Assembly: GCF_001194135.2 (NCBI RefSeq) | Contig: NC_068982.1 | Span: 105,294,641 to 105,358,640, forward strand | Direction: 5' to 3' | Length of the DNA stretch: 64,000 nt | Source of the DNA: Octopus bimaculoides | Lineage: Eukaryota | Shown: positions 14,301 through 26,300 of the stretch, piece after piece | How the letters are laid out: the number at the start of each line of letters is the position of its first letter | Position numbering within the stretch: position 1 is the first letter of the stretch | Program-made: the position numbers and the translations under genes | The notes under the pieces: generated by a model | What the model was told of the DNA's origin: nothing | Database searches by the model: none | What the model saw: only the letters and a program-made list of their open reading frames with translations

Positions 14301-17300
14301 GGCTGTTCCGTTGATCGGATCAACTGGAACTTTCGACGTCGTAAGTGATGGAGTGCCAACAACAACAAATTCTACTTTACAGATTAATTGAAAGAATAGT
14401 CATGTTAAATTTTCCCCATCGTATGAAGTTCTTGTGTTGTGTTAGTGCTGCCATATAAATACAGTTGTTCAATCAGATTTGGTTACAACTGATCATGGAC
14501 CTATCATGTTTTACTGTTTACCTTTGTAATGAAAGTATAAGACTTTTCTTTATATTTAGTATTTTGTTTTGGGAGTGAACTTGTGTCAGTTTTTGTTGCT
14601 TGTTCTACCAATCTTTTGTTTTGAAATTGAATTCTGCAATATATTTTTCCTTCCTTTCTAAGATGGAACATTTGTTTGTTATTGTTAGCTGGTCAACAAC
14701 TTTATTTAGCTTCTCTTATGATGCCTCCAGAAATTAATGCTGAAGAGTTGCAACTGTTGCATTCTGACTGAATCTGTAGTAGAGGGTGATTCTGAAAAAT
14801 AGTCATCCACTGCAGTTGTTACCAGAACCTACAGTCTTCTCACAAATGCAAACAGCACAGTGAAAGAAACTGTCTCACACAATAAACCACTGTATGTTGG
14901 AGTGTGTTATATGATCCTCAACCAGATGGTATTACATCATATCTAAAATACTTGATCTGTGATCTCATGCTCAGTCATTTTATTGACCACCTGGTGTTCT
15001 AATTATTGTACATATCAAAAAAATAAAAACACTTGTACACCCCACCACCTGGTCTTGGACTGAAACAATGAACCTTTAAAATTGCTCGTAATCACTGATC
15101 TCTTTTGGTAGTCTTACATACTTGACATGAAAGTTACGTATCAAAAGACTGGCCTTCTTCTTTGAAATCAGAAAATACTTCAGTTCTCAAGGATTACTAA
15201 ATCTCTTTAAAGCTCAAGAAACACTGACAGCAGAATACTCCTCCCACATCTGAGTTGTGCGCACAGGTTTCCTAATTGCATCCCAAAAAAGTTACCTGAT
15301 TGATAAGCCTAGAATTACTCACTAAAACACCCCAACCCCTGGCTAACAGATGTATTGTCTCCTCACAACTACTACAGTAGCCTCTGTTCTGGCTTTTTTC
15401 ATATCACCTTCACTCAGGCCCACCAGAATTGTCACTTGTATTGTTTCTACTCCTGCTCCATCTAGGCCCTGCATTACCCACTCTATCCAATCCTTCCCAG
15501 AATGTCAGCACTCTGATATTCCTTTCATATCTTTTCTTTGCAATCTTTGACTTTTCCAAGAAGACCATCAACCACATCAGTCTTATCAGTTTCAAAAAGT
15601 CCTGAGTACAATCCCTTCCACTTGACCATTTAAAGAAAAAAACATTTTATAAGTCTGCTTAAGCAGAGCCAACTGGATTAAACAAGCAACAACACTAAAC
15701 TTTCGTTGTTCTTTCAAGATAAAGCTAATTGCAAGACTGCAGTTGGCTACATATAATTAATGAACAGCTAATTGCAAGACTGCAGATTTTTTGAGCTCAA
15801 CATCTTATGTTGAGAAAGATTAATTCTGATTTGCCATGATTTGAGGTAACTAAGTATTCAACTCTGTTCTTTTGCATTACAAATCAGAGATACAGGGTCT
15901 TATGATAAAATATACATGTCTTATGTTGAAGGTCTAACTAGATTCAAGGTTAGATTTAGTGAGGCTTCTAACCTTGCCATGGATAGGAACCAATGGTGAA
16001 AGTCAACTGTCCAGTGTTGAGTGCACAACTTATGTCAAATGAGAAGATATAGTCATCTTATAGTTACACCATGGAATTACTCTGGAATACATTTAAAACC
16101 AAGAAACCTCTCTTTATTAATTAACCAGGAAGCTATGTAGAATTATTGATGATATGGCAGAAATTATTTTTAGTTACTGTTTCTCTTCAATTTTAAAGTT
16201 TGTGTTCTATCAGTTTGTTCTGGATAACATTTTGAAATAGATTCAGGTATCTTTATTTATCTCTTTACCAAAGTAATACATTTTTTCTTGATATTTTAAA
16301 TATATATTTGTTTGTAAAATTTGAAAATAAAAATGAATTCCTGCTTTGGTAAAGAGGTGAATAAAAACACAATAAAAGAATTTCAGCCTTGATCTCAAAC
16401 TTGCATATTTTTAAGCATGAGAATGTCTTTGCAGATATCTTAATCATAAATGACTAGTTTGTGAAATGAGATGAAACCAAACTATCATAGATTAGCTGAA
16501 CACTTGAAAGAGGTCAAATTTCCCCTGTGAGGAACAGAAGTCTGATGTCCTTTGGAAATAAAATGTGACTGCAGTTTCCTAAGCTTGACAACACCAGTCT
16601 TAAATTGCACACTGTCACTTTGTATGTTGTTATATCATACTCTCAACTTAACTGGTGAAATCTATTGTTGATTTTATTCAGTTCTGAAATGATATTTTTA
16701 ATTATCAAAAACTTGTCAGTGAATTAAAACTGGAATAAACTATATTAACTGTTTCAACAATGTTTGACTCTATTTATATCAGCAATTTTGTTGAAACTTC
16801 TAAGAGGGTATCTTAACCACAAATTCACAGATTTTATGGTCGGGATTTCCTAATTTAAAAATATTCAATTTTCATTTGTCAACAATTATGTAAGTAACAT
16901 TGGTTGTAAGTTTGTTAGTGCTTTTATTATTGTATTTATTGATTATATATGACTGACGCAATCTGCTGTTTTCTCTTTGTTGAAGGCTAAAGAAAAGGAA
17001 GAACGTTATCTTCGTCGGCAGCAAAGACGAGCTGGTTTGGAAGCCAAAAGAAAAGACAGAGAGGAAGAGAAACAACGTCTGTGCACAAAGACGAATGTTG
17101 ATTCTGATGAACGGAAAGAAGATTCAGGTTAGTTGAAGAATTATTCTAACAATAATTCAATGTTTGTTTCATTATTATGGGAGAAGTCATTGGATTCGGT
17201 TTTTAGTGTCTTACAATTTTATCTCCTCTCCTAGAAAGAACCTCGATGCCTAGAAAGAGCTTACTTCTGGAACTTGTCACTTCTTCAGCACTCCTAAATT

Positions 17301-20300
17301 AAAGTAGTTGATGTACTGGACTACTGATTCACTGATTATAAGATCAAATTCTGTTATATACCACCTGACAAAACAATTTATTTATTAGCATCAGGTAGTC
17401 TTGTGGTTGAGTGATGAAGTATCCTCTACAAAGAAAAATTTCAGTAAGTCGTAAGTATAGTGATAATCATCATCATCGTCATCGTCGTTTAACGTCCGCT
17501 TTCCATGCTAGCATGGGTTGGACGATTTGACTGAGGACTGGTGGACCAGGTAGCTACACCAGGCTCCAATCTGATTTGGCAGAGTTTCTACAGTTGGATG
17601 CCCTTCCTAACGCCAACCACTCTGAGAGTGTAGTAGGTGCTTTTATGTGCCACCGGCACGAAGGCCAGTCAGGCGGTACTGGCAACGGCCACGCTCGAAA
17701 TGGTGTATTTTACGTGTATTTAACGATGATAATAAGTATCTAAAATGTCACATGTTTAACATGCTAACTAATGTATGTTCTGTTTAATCGAAGCCATGTT
17801 TCTCTTTCTGTTGAACCTCTTATATTTTATCAGATGTCTCTGATACGTTTTCTGCTGCCTCTGTTACATTACTACTTTTACCTGGCATAAAGAAATGTTC
17901 CCAGTTTGATGTCTTAGGTTTATTTATTTTTGTGGTGCAGGCATGGCTGTGATAGGCACAGGAATGACTGTGTGGTTAAGAAGCTTGCTTCTAGGTTCAT
18001 TTCTGCTGCATGGCACCTTGGGCAAGTGCCTGTTACTATAATTCTTGGCTGACCAAAGCCTTGTGAGTGGATTTAGTAGCTGGAAACTGAAAGAAGTGTG
18101 TGTGTGTATAAATAGGAGTTTTGAGATTTTAAAACTCATTCCTTTGTGTTTATATATATCTGTATATCATCATCATCATTTAATGTCTGTTTTCCATGTT
18201 GGTATGGATAGGATGGTTTGACTGGAGCTGGTAAGGCCAGGGTCCTCATCAAGCTCCATTGTCTGTTCTGGCATGGTTTCTACAGCTGTATGCCCTTCCT
18301 AATGCCAACTACTCTAGAGTGTACTGGATGTCATCAACAGTGCTTTTAATGTGGGTCCCAGCGCAGATGCTTTTTATGTGGTACTGTATATATATGTGTG
18401 TATGTAGACAACACAAAGAAATAGGGATTTCAAAATTTGGGTAGATACTTTATAAGCACTCTGTTGTAATCAGAACTTGGTTAAGTATAATGACCAGTAG
18501 GAAACAAAAGGATTTGTGTAGATCAAATAATTACAATTGTACTCCAATTCAGTTAGTAAATCCAAAGAATGTCGCATAAAATTCCAGAGTATATTAGAAA
18601 GACAGAATGGAAAATGGAGAATTACCTATCTTTAATTAATATTTTACAACATATAAATGAAGACGCATGGCTCAGTGGTTAGAGCATCAGGCTCACAGTC
18701 ATGAGGTTGTGAATTCAATTCCCAGACCAGGCTCTGTGCTGTGTTCTTGAGCAAGACACTTTATTTCATGTTGCTCCAGTTCATTCATCTGTAGAAATGA
18801 GTTGTGATGTCATTGGTGCCAAACTGTATCAGCCTTTGCCTTTCCCTTGGATAACATTAGCAGTGTGGAGAGGGGAGGCTGGTATGCATGGATGACTGCT
18901 GGTCTTCCATAAGCAACTTTGCTCGGACTTGTACCTTGGAGGGAAACTTTCAGGGTGCAATCCAATGATTATTCATGACCGAAGGGGGTCTTTACCCTTT
19001 ACAGCATATAAGATGCCAACACGTGTTTCTGTTCTGCAAGTACTTTAGCATCCATAAATGTGATCGTAGTACTGATCAATTCATATTAAATTGACTTAAT
19101 ATGAATCAGTTTGTTGTACAGAACCATCGCATCATATATTGTGTATATGTGTAAGCTGGTGTCTTCTTGTCTTGGTGTCAAGTGATTGTTGTAAAGAAGT
19201 CTCACTGTCATACAGGCAGTGTCCTTCATTTCCTATCTTCCATGAAAACATGCCTAGTAATGGTAAATCATTACCAGGTGAGGATTGGTAATAGGAAAGG
19301 CATCTGGTTGTGGAGTGTCTGTCTCAACAAATTCTGTCCAACCCACATAAGCATAGAAGAGGATGTTGAAATAAGGATGATGGTGGTGGGGATGGCATGC
19401 TTTAATGTTGTCTTATCATTAATTTGGTGTAAATTTTGGGGGTCAAATATTCCATAAGTTTTAAGGTAGCCTGCAGTTATAGGATTTTTCTCTTTCAAAG
19501 AAACTTGATTTTTTTTTTACTTTATCAAACCAACTTTCTCTTTGAATATTGTTGACTTAGTAAATAATTCTATAATTGCAGCACTACCCCCATCAAAAGT
19601 TGAACCTAGTATTACTGTTAAATCTGAGGACAATGAGAAAAAGGAAGCTGTTGCTGTACCCCGTAAGAAGTCAAAGGAAGAAATGAAAGAAGAGCTACGT
19701 AGCCAGAAGGTAATGGAAAAGCGCCTTGCTCTTCGGCGGCGGCGCACCCGAAATAAACGCTACACTTCTGAGGAATTTACCTCCATATTTACTGAAAAGG
19801 GCCAATCATTTTCTAATTTAAGTTATCAAGATATTGATGAAAGCTCTCCAGATCAGCTGCCTGGTGAGAATGTGGCCCAGTTTGAGTCAACTGAGAATGA
19901 AACTGGGACCTCACAAGCAGTTGAAATGGATGATTGCTTTCCAGAGTCACCCCCTACTCCCACACAAGATGAACATGACCCTGATATCTATGATACACCT
20001 GCATCTGAAGTACTTGTCTCTGAACTGACTAAAATACCAATTTATGAAATGGGTGGGACAACTGCCTATTCTGCTGCCCTTGGCCTGGGACCGTTAGACG
20101 AGAGTGTCCCCTCAAAACAACAGACTTCATCAAATGCTAACAGCAAGAGCACTAATCCTGAATCTTCTTTTTCTGGAACTCGATGTACTAGTCCTTACAG
20201 TGATATTTCAGAATCTTCTAAAGAAGATTTAATTGATGAAATGCCTAAAGAAAAGAAACCTATTTTAAAGAAAAAGGAAGAGAAAATAACAAAGATTGAG

Positions 20301-23300
20301 AAACCATCTCAAAAGATTCCCTTGTTGGATACTTACAGTAGTAAAAGAAAACCTAGCAGTCATGGTCATTATAATCTGGGACCTGCAGCACGGTAAGTTG
20401 GTTTAATTGTTTTTTTCTATTTTGTGAGTTGTGTCAAGTAACTATTGTTGATTTTTGATATTCACACTGAAGATTAGAATAGTTTTATCTACCACATCAG
20501 TTACATGATTTTAGCTCATAGGCCTAGCATACTGTAATTTCATCCTTGATCCTTGGGTGCCATTAGTTAGAGTTCACTGTCCTTTCTCTTCTGACTAAAT
20601 AGAGAGAAAAAAACCTCCAAAGATTACTTAATCTTAAAAATGGCAAGGTTATATTATATCATCATCATCGTCGTTTAACGTCCGCTTTACATGCTAGCAT
20701 GGGTTGGACGATTTGACTGAGGACTGGTGAAACAGATGGCTACACCAGGCTCCAATCTGATTTGGCAGAGTTTCTACAGCTGGATGCCCTTCCTAACGCC
20801 AACCACTCAGAGTGTAGTGGGTGCTTTTACGTGCCACCGGCACGAAGGCCAGTCAGGCGGTACTGGCGACAGCCATGCTCGAAATAGTGTATTTTACGTG
20901 CCACCTGCACAGGAGCCAGTTCGGCGGCACTGGCAACGATCTCGCTCGAATGTCTTTATATAATGTAGTCAAAGATATTCTCCACTCCATAAAAGGATGG
21001 GATGGTTACAGTCGGAATGCTTTTAATTATAGATTAGCAAAGCTAACCCTATGATCAAAGTTAATCTATGATCACCTTTTTGTAGCTCCCAAATCTAGCT
21101 GCTTACAAGCCATCAATGTTTGCACATATCAGACCATCCACCAGGAGGAGGTATGATAGGTTTAACTTGTACACTTTGTTTCTTTTGTATATTGCCATTG
21201 GTTCTTGGCATTGTATATTGTCACTGATTCTTGGAATTGTATATTGCCATTGGTTCTTAGCTTTCGGATTTCTCTGTCCAATGTTAATGCTTGTTTATTC
21301 ACACTGTTTTGATGTAATCATGTGTTATCTTGTGGCTTTGAAACTTTGATGATATGATTGTATATTTTTAGAATGACATTGTAGGGTAGGTGTGAGAAGC
21401 TGGATATGGCTGATTTGAGCATAAAACAGGTAGAATATTTGAGCCAGATATGGCTGGTTTAAATGCATAAGGGTTAAGTAACTTTCACTTTATCTTCCTT
21501 GGAAGTTAATATTGCTTACCCAACAGATTATATTCAACTAATTTTTCTCCACTTATTACAGAACCTCTACACTTTGTGTGTATGTGTTAGTAGTATTGAG
21601 TCTGGTGGAGTGGAGAAAGAGTTTGGATGAATGTTACCGTGTGCATAGAGTTGGGTACAGAACAAGTAACAAATGGAAAGTTCTTTTTTTTTCTACCGGG
21701 GTACTTCTTATGGAGTCATTATTATCGAAAAGTAGTGGGTAAGAGATTACTACAAAGAGGATCTTTTTCTTCAAGGGATCAAAATAATTGGCTGTTTGAA
21801 AGGTAGGAGAGAGCTTATAAGATATGTACTGTATGAAGGCATCTTTTGTTTTGAGTGATAACTTTTAAGTGGGTAAAAGCCACCCAATTTGTAAGTGTAA
21901 GTGATTTCTTTTACCAAGTATTATAAACTGTGTTCTTACTCTGAACCACTGTAGTACAGCTACAAGGGAATCATTTGGAAGATTTTGGGTTATATGTTTT
22001 GTTTGTTTGTCTATGATGTGGAAAGACATGTGTAGTCATCTGCTTAGCCATGTCTTTTAGGTCAGAGTGAGGTACATGCACTGTCAAAGATAGTGTAGAG
22101 CTGGTTGAACTCAGATCAATCAGCTTACTTGAAGTGATATAGATGCATTGTATGTATGTAGATATGTGGTCAGTACCCAGATAAGTTAGTGGTTGGATGA
22201 TCTGTGCAAAATGTAGGTGACAAAAAATCAAGAATTAACTTTGTGCCTTCGCAAAAAAATTTATTATTAAAATATCCCTTCTTTTAGTATTATACACAGT
22301 TTAATAATTTATTTTTGATTTAATTTTTATGTACTTCTTTCAGGCCGCCTCCTCTCTTACCTAAACTGTCAGCAGCTGATAATCGCAGCCGTTCTGGTCA
22401 GCGCTACAACATAGAGGATTTATACAAACCTCGTATCAGTCATCGCCGAACCTTGTCACCAACTGATTCTGGGTAATTTTTTTTATTAATTGGTAGTTTT
22501 ATTTTACTAGTATACAAGTTGTTTTTAACTTTTATTTTTACCAAGATATTCATAAAATCAGAAGCCTTACTATGGGTTTTGCATGTAAAAATAAGTCCAG
22601 TTGCATTGACTGTGTGATAGTTTAATTGTTTATGACAATATAAACTTTTTAATTGGGCTCAAAGTCTCTGGTTTTTGGAGCTTATTAGTGACTATGTTTA
22701 CATCTGGCAATCAAAACCATGACAAGATCTTATCAGGATCTTATTTATTTATGGTGTTTGCTGTATATCTGTGAAAAAGAGGCATTGTATTTTCCTCACT
22801 TAAATCCTATTTAGACGTGATGGTTAGTTCTAGAATGGAAACAGGAAATTACAAAGAAAATTTTAAAAACTATCCTAAGAACATCTGTTAGTTTTAGAAT
22901 CCCTAAATATAATCTAGTATTTGCTAGCATTAATAACACAACATTTTAAATAAGGTTTCTTACAAGTGACACCAGTTATGAGATGGAAGTTCAATTGATT
23001 GAATAAAAAATCTTGCAGTTGTTCCATCATCATCATCATCTTCATTCAATGTTTGTTTTCTATGCTGGCATGGGTTGGATGATTTGACAGGAGCTGGCAA
23101 GCCAGAAGACTACACCTAGTTCAACTGTCTGCTTTGGTATGTTTTCTATGGCTGGATGCCTTTCCTAAAGCCAAACACTTTACAGAGTAGGTGGCACGTA
23201 AATAGCACCATTTGAGCGTGATCTTTACCAACGTTGCCTTCCTGGCACGTGAAAAGACATTCGAGCAAGATCGTTGCCAGTGCCCCTGGACTGGCTCCTG

Positions 23301-26300
23301 TGCAGGTGGCACGTAAATTACACCATTTCAAGCGTGGCCGTTGCCAGTACCTCCTGACTGGCTGTCGTGCCGGTGGCACGTAAAAGCACCCTTTACACTC
23401 TCGGAGTGGTTGGTGTTAGGAAGGGCATCCAGCTGTAGAAACTCTGCCAAATCAGATTGGAACCTGGTGTAGCCATCTGGTTTCACCAGTCCTCAGTCAA
23501 ATCGTCCAACCCATGCTAGCATGGAAAGCGGACGTCAAACGATGATGATGATGATGACACCAGCACCAGCAAGGTCACCAAGTAACTTGTAATGCAAAAC
23601 CCTCTCAACTGTGAGGGAGAGTAGTATTAAAGACATGGGGAGTAAAATATTTTAGGATATTGAATTAACATTGGATACTACACATTTGCTTATTTCAAAT
23701 AGTGTTGATAGTTTGATAGCTCTAGTTATCAAATTTTATCTCCTTAGATGTTTTTATTTGTTTTATAGAACAGAGCAGCTGGAATAATTACATATTGCAT
23801 TGTATGCTTTGAAAGGGAAGTTTGAGAAAATTTCACTTGATGTTATTGAATACTAAAAGTTGATTGTTTACTGGGAGGCAATGAAGACATTGATGAATTC
23901 ATGCTTCTTAGTACAGTAACAGTAGGTAAACTGGTCATAAATGCCTATTTGGAAGTTAAATACATTTATGGATTTCTATAATGTTGCATATTTGATGTGG
24001 TTTCATGTGTTATTTTGGATATGCAGATATAAAATGACAATTTACTATAAAACTATTAAAGGTCGGAATATATATGAACTGTGAGGAAAGAGAAAGTCTA
24101 ATCTTTGAAGTTGTTCTAATGAAGATAATTGCCCTAAGCAATTAATTCTTTATGACAATATTGATTTTTTCCTTTTATGCAGGCACAGTGTCAGATTTGT
24201 AGGGTTCACTATGTTTACAACTGGTAAATCAAAACCATGACAGGATCACATCAGCATACCATTTTCTAACTATATCATACTGACCACCACTATCCTCTTC
24301 AAATTTTCTTCCATTACTTTTATTCTATTAACCTACGCTATTAATGTTTACTCCCAAACTGAAATTATTTTCTCTATCTCATCAACTCTAACTAACACTA
24401 CTAACTAAACTGTCTTAATAATATCTAAATCTATGTTTCTTCTAACCAACTTAGTTTTTTAATGGAGAGCTCTTCATTCAACAAAGCAAAAAAGTTAATA
24501 CTGATCATTTTAAAATTGCTTTCCATAGTTTTTATTTTGTTTTCTACATTTTTGTTACTTCTCAAAGAAGGTTTGTATTTCTTTAGTGATACATCTCTAA
24601 ACTATATATTTATTTGGAAAATCAGTGCCTTCCTTTTGGTTTGAAATTCTTGGAGGAAGGAAATTATTTGATAAATGGTCAATTTTCCTTCATAAGGTCT
24701 TATGGAATGTTTGTGTTCAGATGTGAATAGTCTGGATTTGAAGAACAAGTTGTTCATTTAGTTCTTTCATTTTTAAGGAGTTGAGTGATCTTTATTTAGT
24801 TGTCTTTAATGTTTTAATACTAGTAGTTCTATATTACCAGTTATTTGTAATCATAGGGTAGGAGTAATATCTACAACTTGCTTTTGATTTTATTGCTAGT
24901 TCTGCCTTTTGATGGGCACTGTCTGAATAAGCTAAGCATGAAACACTCATACAGAACACTTACATGTTTAGTTACTTCTGTCATGGTAGACTTCATGTAT
25001 TTCCAGAAGGTACCCGGACTCTGACCGGCATTACAATGCTCAGCGTTACAGCGGTGATACCAGTTACAAAAATCGCACCACACTTAGCAGTTTAGGCAGT
25101 TCTGCCAAGCGACGTCATACAACTCCACCTTCCTCATCTCCTTTGGAGAATAGAAATTGTATTGTAATGCCCATGCCTCGAGCAAGTTCACATCATGAAA
25201 AAACCAAAATGAGAGACAACTCTTTTAGCAGCAGCCATATTTCACAAGAAGAGCAGCAGACTGTAGAATCAGAGAAGAAAAAATATGAAGCAGAATTACT
25301 AGCAGCTGAGAGCAAACTCCAAAAACAAAAGTCTACATTGGAATCCATGGAATCAAAACAGAGGTGAGCTGTTGGGTGTAGTCAGTGTATGTATGCTTTA
25401 CTGTAACATGTCTACTATTTGAAGCTTGTTTCAGTTGGTTGAAGTCTATTCAACATAAGGTCTTTGAGTTTGGCCATTTCACTCAAAGGCTTGTCTCACA
25501 CAGAGCTGTTGGAGAAATTTGCATGAATTTGCAAGAGTTGATTTCTAAAACCAACATTGTTGCCCCTGTCTAGTGTTTGTCTAAGTGTTTGTTGTGTGTC
25601 TAAGTCTGCATGTAATAATAATTAATAGAATTGTTACTGTATCCAAAGTGATTGAAATAGTTTATCTCTTGGTCACTGTTTCATTAAATAGGTAAAGAAT
25701 ATCAGCGAAGAGAGTTCTTAGAACAGTTATTTACAATTTCTTAGCTTCAATCTGTTTTCATTGTCTGTAAGATAGTTTCAGTGGCTGTAGTATTGTGCAA
25801 GTGTTTCAATCTATTCTTTACTATGGTTATTTTAGGGATAAATATATGGTTTTTACCGTAAGGGCAGAGCTTATCAGCTTCTTCCAACAAGAAATTTTAT
25901 TGCTGGATTTCTTTTCAATTAATTATTCAACTGCTCAAACACATTGTGAGAATATTGTCACCAAATAGATTGCATCAGATACAGTGTCCTGCATATGCTT
26001 TCTAGAACATAAAACACTCATGTACATACCTATGGACTTTCTTGACTACACTTGAGAAAAAAAATGTCTGTCTGATAGACAGTCCTACACTCACTAACAT
26101 TTCTTAACCACCTGCCCACTGAATCCTCCTTCTGTTACTATTGCAGTGGTTTCTACTCTTCTGAATTTGTTGACTGTACAACCTCTCCCGCTCGCTCATC
26201 TCTTCCCCTGCCATTATCTTCCAAAACTGCAGATTAAACATCCTCCAGAACCCAACCTCTAATATATTCAAAAAGAATATTAACTTTATTACCCTTGTAT

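Noticed and set aside
17235-17394. Possible alternative exon after BOD1L1 exon 6
   Set aside because: Stop after 22 codons and only generic splice-like signals; no supporting evidence.
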